A stretch of 64,000 nt of DNA from Cycas panzhihuaensis. Its lineage: Eukaryota > Plantae > Cycadophyta. The stretch lies in the NCBI GenBank assembly GCA_023213395.1, contig CM041465.1, forward strand, positions 196,485,741 through 196,549,740. Direction: 5' to 3'. Below the pieces are notes generated by a model. That model saw nothing but the letters and a program-made list of their open reading frames with translations. It made no database searches and was not told the DNA's origin. Made by a program: the position numbers and the translations under genes. Shown here piece after piece: positions 10,235 through 24,700 of the stretch (the first letter of the stretch is position 1; every line of letters begins with the position of its first letter).

Positions 10235-13200
10235 GTTTCCTTACTTGTGGGCAAGATGTTGGGCAAATTTTTAGGTTGTATGTAGGAAAATCTTTGTGTA
10301 TGTTGATTGATGTCAGAGATTGGGCGACTTTGTACAGCTTGCTGCCCTATTTTCTCTCCATACTAAGTGTATTCTACTTGGAGAAGGTGCATTACCTACT
10401 TGAGTATGTCAGTGACAAACATATGGCTGAATTTCCAAGCCGCATAAGGTGTTTATAAGCCATGGTAAGCTCGGGCATCACTATGCAGGCCGCAACCCTA
10501 CACACAGCAGTCATGTCTCTAAACTCACATCATTTGAGGTTGATGCATATATTTTGAGGAGCTTTTGATGTATATTAAGGTTTATCAACCTTAATCCATC
10601 CTTAATAATCATTTATGATTGATTTACAGCATGCGCATTGAGTGAAAAGCTGCGCAGGTATTGTGAATAGCTGCCAACCAAAAAATATGCCTTTTGGCAT
10701 ATTCTCATATAAATTTGAGTTCATAACCTTTCAGAAACCATTGATACAATATTTTGTGTATACAACATTGTGTATTGAGTATTTTCTATCAAGTATGGAG
10801 ATCATGGAAGCCAATTTTGATCTGAATTTGACTTGCATGTCGTACCAACCACTACTATGTTGAAATTTCCTATGTTGTGAAGCATTTTTTGTGGATTATA
10901 AGTAGTTTTCAAAGCTATTTAAGCAATTGCAGAACCATCTTGAGTTCTAGTGCTATTGGGTTGATTGTTGGTGAGCGGTTTTTGGCTTGCATAACCATTA
11001 GATTGAGTACCCCAACATATGTGCTTATGAAGAAGGAGAATGCAGTGAAGTTGGTGTTGTCCAAAGGACTATAGGTCTAGCAGTCTAGTGTTATTGACTC
11101 TATTTTTAAGCCCGTTTCTCAAGAATGGACAAACTAATGCCTAAAGTTATTTTTAATGGCAATAAATACAGCGACTAGAAGGTTAATATGGAGTTAATAC
11201 TTACGGTAAACCAACTCTAGGTGATAACAAAGGTGAAAGTGGATGCCATTTTTCTCGATCATAAAGAACATGTTCATCTTCAGGAGAAGCAATTCATGGT
11301 GGTTGGATTGTCGAAACTGTCACTAGCACCAAACTAGAGAGCAGTGATTCATAACCTTAACCAACTAGACGAAATTTGGGCAAAGTTGTGTGAGGCTTTT
11401 GAGAAGAAAAAGATGAATAAGCATCTTGCTTTGATGTTGTAGCTTCTCCATTGTATGGTGGAAGATGAGACCAACATAAACACCTACCTGAATAAAGTAA
11501 CTGATCTGAAGAATAAGCTAGGGGAGTTAAAACCAAATTCGATTGATGATGCATTGCTGTTTGCAATAATTATGTCAAAACTACTAGCTACATTTGCAAC
11601 TTTCCAGATTGTCTATGGTAGAGATGAGGTGATGGAAGGCGAAACATTTGATGGAATTAAGAATCTCATTCTAGTTAAGGATGCAAAGCTTAAACATCAT
11701 GGAATGTTTAGTGGTTCCGATTCAAATTAGGCCTTAGTCATCAAAACATAGAGAAGAGAGACTGCTTAGAAAGAAAAGTTCACATAGAGGACAGGGGAAG
11801 AATCTCAGGAGAAGAAAAAATTCATTGGTTATTGCAACTATTGCAAGAAGGAAGGCCACAAGGAGAAGAATTGTTGGTTCAAAAGACAGGATAAACACAA
11901 AGCTAGCCAAGATGATAAAGGAAAGAGTGTTGTAGCACACTGTGCCAGAGTTTCAGCCTTGTCAGTTGAGTCAAATTAGAGAGACTATTGGATTTTGGAC
12001 TTTGAAGCTCAGAAGCACATCTCTTTTCAGAAGTTGAACTTTGATGCATGGAGTACAGATCCTAGTAATGCTAAGATTATCCTTGGAGATGCTCATGTGT
12101 TACTGGTTGAAGGTGTTGGCAATATATCTTTAGTAGGCAGCAAATTTAAGGAGTATATTATATACCCAAGATGAAGGTGAATTTACTTTTAGCCTAAAAA
12201 ATTTGATTAAGGACCCAAAACTTTAATTATTCCTTACTTTTCAAATGCCCAAAAGTAAGGAATAATTTTTGGGCATTTGAAAAGTTTTAATCCCAGAAGA
12301 AATCTTATGCTTTTGTTACTAGCGTTGATGATGTGAATAAGTTGTGGCATGACGCCTAGGTTGTCTTAATTACAGAAGCATCACACTGATGAAAAGATTG
12401 AAAATGGTGAAAGGATTACTATTTGTTTCATGTTCAGATGGTGTGTATGAAGGGTGTATGTGTGGGAAGCATCACCACTATACTTTTGCTTGGAACAATG
12501 CCTAGAGAGCCAAGGAGAAGCTTGAACTCATGTATACAGACCTGATGGGGCCACTCTCAAATGCTTCCATATTAGAAGCTCGATATACTTTGGTGTTTGT
12601 AGATGACTACACCAAGAAGGAATGGGTTTATTTCCTTAATAATAAGTCAAATATGTTTGACCATTTTTGTGATTAGAAAGCAAGCGTCGAAAATGAATAT
12701 GACAAAAAGATAAAAATACTAAGGAGTGATAATGGTAAAGAATACAACAATCATGTGTTTAATTAGTTCTGTCAAGATCATCATAGAAAACGAGAGTTTA
12801 CTGTCTCGTATACCCCACAACAAAATGGTGTTGCAGAGAGAAAGAACCATACCATAATAGAAATGGCAAGGTGTATGGTGCATTCGAAAAACTTGTCGTC
12901 GATGTTTTGGGCAGAAGTTGTCTTGATTGTTGTTTATATTCTAAACAGGGTACCCACTCAAGCAGTTCAAAGCATGACCCCACAGGAAAAATGAACTGCT
13001 CATAAACTAGCCATTAATCATTTGAAAACATTTGGGTGCATTGCATATGCACACATCCCTAATGATAATCACAAGAAGCTAGATCGCAAGAGTTTGAAGT
13101 GCATTTTTGTGAGGTATTCTAATTAGAATACAGTTTATAAACTGTAGGATTCATAGGGGAGAAAATTTGTGATTAATAGAGATGCTAATTTTGATGAGTC

Positions 13201-15462
13201 ATCGACGTATCATGCTAAGAAGTCATTAGAAAAACCTTTTTACCCCCCACTACTTCCATCTCCTAATGGAAATTCAATAGCTGAAGAGGACGATGAGCCA
13301 GTCATTGTGATTCAAGAGGAAGATGGACCAAATGGAAAAAGTAATAGTCAAGAGCTGTCACATGAAGAAGCACCCATAGCATTAGGTCCTTCTATACCAT
13401 TATGGGCAAGGAAGACGATTTAGGATTTTAGTGTGGCATTGCAAAATCTTGCTAATAATAGAAGAACAAGAAGCCAACATGCTAGTCAAAATCTGGTGGT
13501 AAACGCCAACAGCTTCAGTGATCCTATTTCATATGAAGAAGCAAAGGATGATCCACGATGGAGAGCTATAATGGAGGAGGAGTATGGCTCAATCATAAAG
13601 AATGCCACATGGAATTCAGTTCCCTTACCTCCAAAGAAGAACCTAGTTGGACACATGTGGGTCTATAAGACAAAGCTCCACTCTGATAGAGAGGTGGATA
13701 AGTGCAAGGCTAGGCTTGTTGCTCAAGGGTTTAAATAGAAGGAATGAATTGATTATGAGGAGACACTTGCACTAGTCTCCAAGATAACAACAGTCCGGTT
13801 AATCATTTCCTTAGCAGTTGCATATGGTTGGGAGACACACTAGATGGACATTAAGTTTGTGTTTCATAATGGTGATCTAAAGGAGGAGATTTATATATTG
13901 CAACCTCTGGGATTTATTAAGAAAGGCTAGGAGCATCTTATGTGCCATTTGAAGAAATCACTCTATGGCCTGAAACAAGCACCTCATGTTTGATATGATA
14001 AGATCGATGCCAAACTAAAAGAAGAAGGATTTGTTGCTACAAACTTGGAGCTGAATCTGTATGTTAAAAGGAGTAGGACTTTAATAGTCATTATTGTGTT
14101 GTATGATTTAGTCATTGAAGGCAACTATAATAAGACTATTGTTCGAGTCAAATCTAATTTGGGAGCTATGTTTGATATGACAAACCTCAAGCCTCAGCAC
14201 TACTTCTTAGGCATTGAAGGTCAAGCAAATGGAAGATAAAATCATGATGTTGCAGACTCAATGTGTGAAGAACCTCCTAGAGAAGTTCAAGAGGTAGGAT
14301 TGCAAGCCGGTTGCAACACCATGTGCTAAAGGCACAAAGCTGCAGAAAGACATGACCAAACCCTCTATAGATGGAATGTTGTATCAACAGTTGGTAGGGA
14401 GTTTGATCTGTTTGAATCATACTAGACCAGATATCGCGTATGTTATTGGATTGATTTCCTGTTATATGCAGAATCCTCAAGAACCAAATTGAGTTGCAGC
14501 GAAGTAGATTCTAAAGTATTTGAAAGAGATTCTAAATCTTGGTCTTGAATACCTTCGTGGTGAAGAGATAAAATTGTATGGCTACATTGATATTGATTGG
14601 GGAGGAGACTCTAACAATTGGAAATCCACTGTTGGATATATCTTTAGTGTCAACAATGGATTTGCTTTGTGGTAGCTGACGAAACAACAAACAATGGCAT
14701 TATTTTCTACAAAGGTAGAATATCAAGGACTCAGTGTTGGTGCTAAAGAAGCTAAATGGTTGCAAAGTCTCTTGGAAGTTCTTGGAGTATCGCATGGCAC
14801 CTCGATTATTTTTGTTGATAATCAGAGTACTATTTGCTTATTAAAGAATCCAAAGTTTTGTGCTCGTACAAAGCACATTGAGATACAACACCACTTCATC
14901 CGTGAATAGATCAAATCAGGGAAGTTGCAAGTCAACTATTATCCAAGTGAATATCAGGTTGTGGACATTTTCACGAAAGCACTTAGTGCAGATCAATTCA
15001 CAAAGATGTATACCGGAATCACAAAAGTTATCCTTGAGGGAGGATGTATCAACAAGGATAAAGGAGAAGGATAGTCCAACTTTCGCGATAACTAAATTGC
15101 TACAGATTCCCTACATTCACATTAAGGGGGTTTGTTAGTGTAACAGTTAATTATTAAGCCACTTGTTAATGTTAATGTGGTGGTTTAATTATGTGATTAA
15201 CAAAAAGGTGCGAGTTATTTAGAGGGTCACAACTCTTAACGATTGACACCTTTTGAGGGATTATAAATATCTCAGAGTCCATTGTATATGCATCAATCTC
15301 AATTGGAATCATTGTGATTGATAGATCTTTGTGGTGGGTTTTTTCCCAAAAGGGTTTCCCACATATATCTTGTGTATTGTGCAATTATTTTCTTTGCTTG
15401 TTGTGTATGGTAAAGATTCTATAGTGTATAAACATGTATGCATTCATTCATGTTTCTTAACA
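10235..15462 (+). mobile_element. Degenerate Ty1/Copia element; 5' LTR absent from the window (leader interrupted by the GC-rich element)
   Basis: gag MVEDETNINTYLNKV (11455), CNYCKKEGHKEKNC knuckle (~11833), protease WILD (~11990), integrase ~12330-13200, RT ~13530-14300, RNase H DNQSTI...KHIEIQHHFIRE; PPT ATTAAGGGGG at 15121-15130. Confidence 0.92.
15133..15462 (+). repeat. 3' LTR (330 bp) of the Copia element
   Basis: TGTTA...TAACA termini immediately after the PPT. Confidence 0.8.
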
Positions 15463-15880
15463 CATTTCATTAATCAACACTAAATATGTTCATAGAACAT
15501 TACATCACTTTAAATGTATGGCTCTCGCCATTGAACCAATAGGGGAAATGACCAATTTATACTCTTTTACATGGCCAAAATCCCGAGAAGGTGCAACTTT
15601 ACAATATATCTTTTGACATTTCATAACACAAAACCCTAATTAATAATAATCAAGTGCCATTTCGTATCGTCATACTAATGTCTTTTCTAAAGTCCTAGTG
15701 CAAAACTATTCTAAGAAGCATTTGCTAATCCAAAGTTGTTCCAATTTTTGCAAAACTGTTCCAACTGTTCCAATGTCTATTGAAAATCATTCCCCAAAAA
15801 GCCAAAATCAATGCAATTTTTACGTGTTTCTTGATCTACAACCATCCCTTTCATTCTAGAAGCTTCCTAGAACCGTTCCC

Positions 15881-16000
15881 TTGCTAATTTTCAGCTATTT
15901 TTACCATTTTCTTTATTGGATCTTCATCTTAACTATTCCATGGCTAATTTTCAATTGTTTTCACCATTTTCTTTGTTGGATCTTCATCTTAACCATTCTT
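15881..16000. repeat. 60-bp two-copy tandem repeat
   Basis: GCTAATTTTCA...CCATTTTCTTT.TTGGATCTTCATCTTAAC.ATTC repeated at period 60. Confidence 0.85.
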
Positions 16001-16085
16001 GGAAACGTCCCTAACCATTCCCAAGCATCATGGAGCCAAATCCACTGCATAAAAAAACATGGCCAACTGGGTAAGGATTTATCAA

Positions 16086-19000
16086 TGTTAGAAATATATG
16101 GGAGGCCCAAAAATATACAACAACTCTAATACCAAATGTAAAAACATGTAACTAAGGCCATGAACTATGAAGCCATATAGATTAAACACAATGAACAAAT
16201 ATCTACAAACACATAATACAATATACTTGTGGGAAATGATTACTTCCAAATCCTATTTTGACAAACCAATACATATTTATAGCACACACCATCTCATAGT
16301 CATTCAATCACAATTCAGGAGCCACTTGGTCAACTAAGACCTATTTCATAAAGAAGTGTGTACACTATGACCCTCTTATGCACATCAAAGGGGTAATTAC
16401 ATCAAGTTAATAATTGCAAGCGTTTAACATTACCTAACATTCCCTCTTTAATGTTCAATCCATGCCACATAGTTACTTCAAATGTGATGTTTGGTCTATA
16501 TAAAAGGCAAACATCTATCGCAACATATTGATAATTAGTTGTTGTACCCTTCAGTCCTCTAGAATGGGCATTGCATACATGGTTCACCAACATTTGCCTA
16601 CCAAGCAGCCTTCACCTGCTCCGATTTTGCTTATTTATGACTTTCCTACACCTCGAAAAAAAATCCTAGTTGAAAACCCTCAACTCCATCCACTTCATTG
16701 TAGAACAAACATGACACAATGGTTATCCAAACAAAACATGTGACAAAACACTTCTTTTTTTAGGCACTGACTCTAATTTAACACCTTGTCAAACTAAAGT
16801 CTAAACTTCAAGCCATCAAAATTGTCATGAAAAATGTTCAAAGCATATCATATGGCCAGTCATTGGAAAACCTCATGAGTCAACTTTTCAATGCAACTAA
16901 TGACACTCAGTTCTGATACCGTATGAGGGAGATCAACGTTTTAGTGAACACGGGTACAAAAAATGATGAAAAAGGTTAAAAATAGGCATTTAGCCCCTTT
17001 CAAATTGGTTCCCGATCGCCCATACGACCTCCTTTGAGGGCTAAATAGACTTCAAACATAATTAAAAGCAATTTAATACCACTTATAATGTTTTAGAACA
17101 TTAGGATATCAAATTTAATCAAATTGAAAATCGTCCAATGATAGCGGATGGTGATGACACAGAAACACAACTTTGATTGCATTTTCCAACAACTTGCACA
17201 CCTAATCAAAAATTTGAGAGCATAGCAATCATCTACACCCTATGGTAGCCTTGCAGATGCAAAAAACTGCAGAAAGCATGCTCTATTCATCGAGAAAATT
17301 GCTCCTCAAACTAGAGAAAGTGCCCAAGCCTACACGATGAATTTTTCTTCGCGATTTGGCTGCCCACTTCAAATCTAACCATAGATTTGTGTTCTACATC
17401 ATCTAGTGGCCCTCTCCAAAGGAGAGAAAATGCAAGAAAACGAGCTCAAATAATGATAAAACTAGTCTATAAAATAGCAAGACACCAAAAGCCTGTGCAC
17501 CCTTTTTCTCTATGAACTTGTTGCCCACTTCAAAACTGACTGTAGATTTTCCTTCTTGACATAGTAACAGCTTCAACATGTAAAAATCAACTTTAAAATT
17601 TTCAATAATATAGAGAAAATCACTTCAAACCGTAGATATGATTGTTGGCCAAACAAGCAATCTGCAACTAATTCTTCCATTGAAATAAGCTTTAAAACCC
17701 TTGATTTATCATCATGTCTTAGGATCTCCTTCCTTCATGCACCATTAGGAGAAGGAAGCACCATCAAATATCCTCAAACCCTCTTACTGACAGGTTAACA
17801 TGCTTTACCAAGAAGCCCAATGAACTTGATTCTCGTTGCACATATACACTGTTGACAAAATTCTCTCATAAATGCATGTTCTTAATAGATCAACAAGCTC
17901 TGCATCTTATAACCCCAAGACGCAAGTGTTCTCACATTAGCCAATGCACCATCTATTGCAATAAACATGCTGTAAAACTTCCTCATCAATCATAGTCACC
18001 TCATCACATGACAGAAGCCAAAATAATGGCCTGTCCGCCACATCACCAACTTTAACAGGGTGATCAAGCCTACTTCAGAAGTCCCATTCTTGGACACGTG
18101 CAACACTTGCATGTACACTAGCAAGACATGCATATAACAACCCAAAAACGAATCAAAACATGTGACAAACCTTCATAGGAATTGAAATAACTATAACACT
18201 TGTACTCTTGGTTGGATTTTCAATGCTTAGGCACCAACATGCTCCAAGCTCATGACACCAACATGCTCTAGGTGCCCTACAAAACTGCACTTTGAAAGCT
18301 TCCACAACTAACAATAGATCTTCACATGACAAATAGGATACCCTCCTCACTAAGTCACAAATAAACATACGTAAAATAAGTTTTGAATCAACACATTGAC
18401 AACTGGACACAATCATAGTCTTACAACCTAATCGATGTCAAACTAGGCTCAAAACCTAGGGCTTTGATACTACGCTAAAAATTTATACAAACAAACAACA
18501 ACTCTAATACCAAATGTAAAAACATATAACTAAGACTATAAATTATAAAGCTATACAGGTGAACAAAAATAAACAAATGTGTACAAACACATAACACAAT
18601 ATATTTATGGGAAATGATCACTTCCAAAGTGTATTATGGCAAGCTAATGCATATTTATAGTACACACCAGCTCATGGCTATCCAATTACAATCCTACAGC
18701 CACTTGGTCAACCAATCAACTAATGACCTATTATATAAAGAAGTGTATGCCTTATGACCCTGTAATGACCCCATACTACATGTAATAGGTTAAAGGGTTA
18801 AGGGATAAGGAGGTTAAGATAGGAGTATTTAATAATAGTGAAATGGTGGGATTGGGTAGCTTAGCGGTAGGATAATATAATAATGGGTAGCCCTCTTATA
18901 AATATGGCACCCTCATCATATGTAAGGTAACGTGATATATTTTGAATACAATCTATTAGGGTTTGCTTTGGTACCCCTTTTGGTGATCTGTTCTACCTTT

Positions 19001-20356
19001 TAGCTTCTTTTTCCTTTGCTCTCGTGGTTACAGGAGTTGGCCTGTAACAAGTGGTATTAGAGCCATTTTCTAATCCATACAAGAGCTAGGGATCCATTTT
19101 TTGGCTAATTTTTTTTTTCTCAAGGTTTTTGGCATATGGAAGTTCTACTTGTTAGGAGAAAAAGCGAAAGATTCTTGAAGAAGCATCAAAGAATTTGAGA
19201 CGAAAGGGGCCGTGCCATCAATTTTGAGTGGTCATAGTGCTGGTTTTGGCGAAAAGTTGCAGAAATTATAGCTGATTTAATTTCAACTTACTTTTCCGTT
19301 GTCATATTTTTGGGACAGATCTGCAACCTCAACTTCAAAGAGCCACAGGTGTCCAAATGACTTTAATTTTTTTTTTATTCTATGCATTTTTAAATTTTCT
19401 TCCTAATGGAAGTGGTTTGAGGTCAATCAGAGGTCAAAGCAGAGAGTTATTGGCATTTTATTAGAAGGTACTATTATAGTCCTTAGAAACCCTAGCAACA
19501 AATTACTTAAATGGCTATAACTTTTGATCTAGATGTCAGAATTTAATTCTGTCTGAACCGTTGGAATCGTATTTTAGTGGTCGTGATCTTTATCCATATT
19601 TTTATGTACTTTTGAGCCATATTTTTTTTCAGAATTAAAATTTTAAAGTTAAAGTTTCTTATTATATTTTTGCCCGTTTAGACTTTGATCACAAAACCAT
19701 TGCTCTTGAGGCCTAATATCTCTTTTTGTATTAAAATTGGGGGATAACTTGCTATAGACATCCCCTAATCTCTCCTACACCCACATTAACATGGCTACAG
19801 AAAGACTCATACCTCACACATTTAATGCAGATGGGACTCTTTCTATAAAAGATTGGGTCAATGATATGCCTATATATTTAAAATCACTTGATGATAACTA
19901 TCTAGGCAAAACAGAGATGACTAAAGTAGCCTCATTGTATCTACAAGGAGAAGTTTATCTTTGGTTTAAGGAGTAGTATAGCACATCTGGTCAATTTACT
20001 TCATATTTATGGCTAAAGTTTTCTATTTGTTCAAAATTTTATGCTTCTTGGTGGAATCAGATGTAAAGCCTTGAGCAAGACAAACAAGAAGCTCGTCAAA
20101 TACTAGCATAATATAATAATGGGTAGCCCTCTTATAAATATGGCATCCTCATCATATGTAAGGCAGCAGGATATATTTTGAATACAATTTATTAGGGTTT
20201 GCTTTGGCACCCCTTTTAATTATCTGTTCTGCCTTTTAGTTTCTTTTTTCTTTGCTATCGTGGTTACAGGAGTTGGCCTATAATAGACCCCCTAGTGCAC
20301 ATAAAAGGGGTAATTACATCAATTCAATAACCCCATGGATTTAACTTTAGCCAACA
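16086..20356 (-). mobile_element. Non-coding (LARD-like) LTR element with TSD ATCAA
   Basis: ATCAA at 16081-16085 and 20357-20361; LTRs 16086-16439 and 18473-20356 (second interrupted); minus-strand PPT at ~16440-16453; Met PBS remnant GCTTTGATACTA at 18461-18472; no recognisable gag or pol inside. Confidence 0.8.
18761..20285 (+). mobile_element. Internally deleted Gypsy-type LTR element nested in an LTR, TSD GACCC
   Basis: GACCC at 18756-18760 and 20286-20290; 5' LTR 18761-19049; PBS TGGTATTAGAGC at 19052; gag start ASLYLQGEVYLWF (19791-19976) joined directly to a partial 3' LTR (~20108-20285). Confidence 0.88.
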
Positions 20357-20849
20357 ATCAAGTCATATATGAGATATTGGATTGAGCATAATAGTCAATG
20401 GAGAGCCCAACAGAAACATAAATTTCCATTAACCCTAGATGGGATTATATTTAATTTGTGTTTAGCCCATGTTCATCACGTATGACCATGAGAGATGCAA
20501 CCAAATTCATTCTACATCAGGTTTAGATGGGGACGAAACCCCAAAATATTAGTATTCAGGATAGGGGCTTGTCAAAAATAGCATATAATAAATTGTAAAA
20601 AGCTATGAAGGGAGAAAGTATTCTGCATAAGGAATGGAGACATTAACTAGCCTCCACATTAAGAAAACAAGTGACTAACTGATTGTTAATTAGGGAGTGA
20701 CTAAGGGAAGTAGAATGGTATGGATTAAAAAATACATTAAAAAAATTTCATCATCTCTCTCTCACTTAAGAAGTGGGAGTGCAAAAAGTTCCCAAAGGAA
20801 TAAACAAGTGAGTACATAAATGCAAACAAACTATTTCAAACTTTACACA

Positions 20850-21777
20850 TCTTTTGTGTAAACAAAGATGAGGTGGAAAAGACAACAAAAAAACCATTCA
20901 GACAACATGATACCATTATGGTGGTTACAAATAAGTTAACCAAGTCTGCACACTTCATTCTAGTTCACATCACCCACACAACTTCTAATATAGCTGAAGT
21001 TTTCATGAAAGAGATCATGAGAATGCATGGTATTCCAAAGGTCATCATCACAAATAAAGAAACAAAATTCACTTCAAAGTTTTAGTGTACCTTATTTAAG
21101 GAGTTAGGAACAAAGCTGAACTTTAGTACCACATACCATCCTAAATCTAATGGGTAAATTGAAAGAGTAGACCAAGTTCTTAAAGACATGCTTCATATGT
21201 ACGCAATGGAACAACCATCCAGGTGGGAAGTTTCCCTACATTTGGTAGAATTTGCATATATCAATGCCTACCACTGTTCTTTGAACATGAGTCCTTTTGA
21301 GGCATTGTATGGGCGGCCATGCAACACCCACTCAATTGAAAGAACTTCGAAGACAACCATGTGTTTGGTCTTGATATGCTATAAGAATGTAGAGGCAATT
21401 TGCCAAAATCTAGTGACACTTGACTGTAGCTCAAGATAGACAAAAGAGCTATGCAAACTTTAAAATGTCAGCAAAATATATGTTTAATATCTATTTGTTT
21501 AAAAAGTATGCACCAAATTCTAAATAAATCTTTGATTGGATTACCATTGAAGCAAGACCAGGTTTAAAGTTTAAAGAAGAACTGTTGTGAATTTTGGAGC
21601 ATACAGAAAAGGTATCGAGAAACTGAAATATTAAGCAAGTTAAAGTGCAATGGGAGCACTTGACACCATAAGAAGTTACATGGGAACTGGAGGACGAAAT
21701 ATGACAACAAAATCCTCATCTTTTTGTAGGTGAAAAAGGCTGCATTAAGGACAATGCTTTTATGAAGGAGAGGGAGA
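20850..21777 (+). mobile_element. Gypsy (chromovirus-type) integrase and chromodomain remnant with PPT
   Basis: IMVVTNKLTKSAHFI...HGIPKVII, EFAYINAYHCSLNMSPFEALYGRPC, KVQWEHL...TWELE; purine tract GAAGGAGAGGGAGA ~21764-21777. Confidence 0.85.
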
Positions 21778-24700
21778 TATAAGTGCCCAAATTCAACAAA
21801 CTTAGAGTTAACTTGGTAAAGTATCCTATATGTAATAATTTCTATTTAGTAGAGTAAAACATTCTATTATGAGATAGATGCTTATTTCATGCTCCATCAG
21901 GTGTAAGAATGCACCTCCTTTCTTGTTAGCTTTGTAGGATTTTTTCTAAGGCCAAAGCCTTTGTATTTATGAATGAACACACCCTAACATTTATAATCTT
22001 GTAAATTATTTTTGGTTCTCCCTCCACTATAGAAAGGGAACAACATTGCTCAAACAGGATAATATTATACAAGGGCGCACATGATATGAATGAGGGGAGA
22101 GTAGAGAGAGAATCTATGTAAGGGTATGACCACACAAAAATCCGATATTGTTATAACTTCACTGGAATGTTATTATCATATTGCTAGATCGATGCAGGAA
22201 CCTTTTGGAGTGCCTACTTATCGAATTATTGAAGTTAGAAAATTCTGGAGTCAAAAGTTGCTAGAAAAAAATTTCCCAACTCGTGTCTCACGGCACATAG
22301 GTCGAAGGGTAGCCACTATATGAGTAAAGTGGCAAGCATGAGAAAAGAAAAGAAATCCCATAGCTCGTAGCTCACGTCTTGCGAAAACTTGAGAAAAAAG
22401 TGTGGAAAACATTTGGAGTTTGTGAGTCCAAGAAAGCGAAATATAAAGGAAACGTGTGTCTCGTGACTTGCAAGAATATAAAAAAATTTCATAAAAAACA
22501 TTTGGAGTTTGCAAGTGTGAGAAAATGACAAAGTTTGAGTGGATCACAACCATCCAATGAGATCGAAAGAATAGATCTGAATTGTTCATTGTTGGTGAAG
22601 AAATGGAGGGAGTTGCAAGTAGATGGACATAGCGATAATCAGAGAGAATTGCAAGACGTTGCAAGTGAATATATAGACCATCGATCTGAAGAACACGTGG
22701 CCACATTGGGTGCAACTCGCAAGCAAGTTAATCACTCAAACCAAAAAGGAAGTTTAAAACTCTGCAAAGAAGTGAAATGTGAATAAAGCACCATTATCAG
22801 ATTAAGGACACATGGCATCATCGTAGTAACTTTGCATTCAATGGGTTCATAAACATGGCAAATGGAGAGGGGATAATGGTTCAAGCACTTGAGAGGTGGT
22901 AATTTGCAAAGTAATCATGATCGTCGAATAAGAGGACACGTGGAAAGATCTTGAGCACTTTGCAAAATGGTTGATTGCTCATGGGAAGTAATAAGTGAAA
23001 AGGAAGAAAAAGAATTTGCGAGTGAGAAGGACTACGAAATAGATAAGGATTGTTTGATCATTTGGCACGAAGGTTTATGATTTGCAAAGGTTGTGATTGG
23101 TGTGGAGTTTGTACCAACCCATCCCTATAGGTTGTAATAGCTCATCCTTGTTGAAACATGCGAGATTGGGGGTAGATCACAAACAACAAACCTAGCAACA
23201 AAGGCATAGAGCGTAGAAGGCGAATGTGTGGGGTGAAGGTGAACGAAAGTCTTACTCAAGGTGCCCATGCACCTCTCGGACGCATATGTGAAGGTATATT
23301 GCGCTTTTAAATGGTTAAGGGAATGGTTAGACTAGGGCAACATGGATATTTGTGTGTGCACGTGAATGGTTTGAGTTTACTATGGCAGGCTACAAAGGGA
23401 AGCACACACCTACATGCATCTATATGCTCTTTTTATTTAATGAAAACAAAGAGTTGCCCTAATTAGAAATGTAATATTGTCCCACGAGTTCGGGAACTCG
23501 CAACTATGTGGTCCCTTCCCTCGCTCAGGCTTCTAATATAACACGCGAGGACTATTGTGTGGAATGTTGATGCAATATAACATATACAAGAGAAGAAGAT
23601 CAAGGTGCTTCATTTCTGGAGAATATTTATGTTTTCTTTTTTTCTTTTTTTTTTTGGTCTTTTTTTACTTAAAGGGGGGGAGAAAATAAACGAAAGACTA
23701 AGAAAAGGAAGGAACCTACTGTCTCTTTTCGTTTTCTTGTTTTGGAGGAAGAAAGCTAAATGAAAATGAATACTTCTTCCACTTTTTCTTTTCCATTGTT
23801 TTTATTTCTTTCTAAAGAAAAGGGAATAAGGGGGAAGTAAGGGTGAAGGAGAGCCTAACTAGGTTCCTTTTTATCCTTTCTCTTCATTAGTTCTTATCCT
23901 TATTTTCTCTTTTTCATTTAAAAGGAAATAGACCAAGAGGAGAAAAGTGGAGCGTACTTGGAATGGAGAGCGCGTCATTTCAATGTCACTTTCTCTCAAA
24001 GTAAGACAGTTGAACTCTTACGTTATGACTTAAATGAAATAGGATTTATACTAATATGCAAATTCTAAAGAAAATCCGGCAACCATTTTGCTTGTTGGAT
24101 GGACTTATGATGCAAAAAAGATCATAGAAATGACTCAAAATGTAAATTTGCAAGCATAACCATATAGCTTGACTTACCTCTTATGGATCTTCACCAGGGA
24201 GGTTAGATTTAACTCTTGGCTCCAGGCTCTAATTGATGGAGAGGGTGATGGCTTGACCTCCCTTTTCCTGTAGCAAGGTGAGCATTATACCTACAAGGCA
24301 ATCTCTAACAATTGAACAAGATCATATGAATATACTATTTCCTACAAATAGCAATGCCAAAATAAGCAAGGAAATATGCAATTCAACTTAGTAAAAGAGG
24401 AGAAAATGGAGTCTCAGGTTGATTCAACATTCCCCAAATGAAATTGGTTCCCCAAGCTATACTTGGGTGCTAGCTCTCCCCTACAAAAGGGACATGAAAG
24501 AGGAATGCTAACAAAAGGGTCATGAAAGAGGGATGCTAAAGGAGGAGAATTGTCAAGCAATGAACAACTTATCAAGTGACAAAACACAAGATGCAAAACA
24601 AGAGAAACACATAAGAAAACAAACTTACTAAATGCAAAACAAAGAGGATTGCCATTTCCTAGTGTAATGGAGGTGGCCAATGGCTGATAAAGCACCACTC

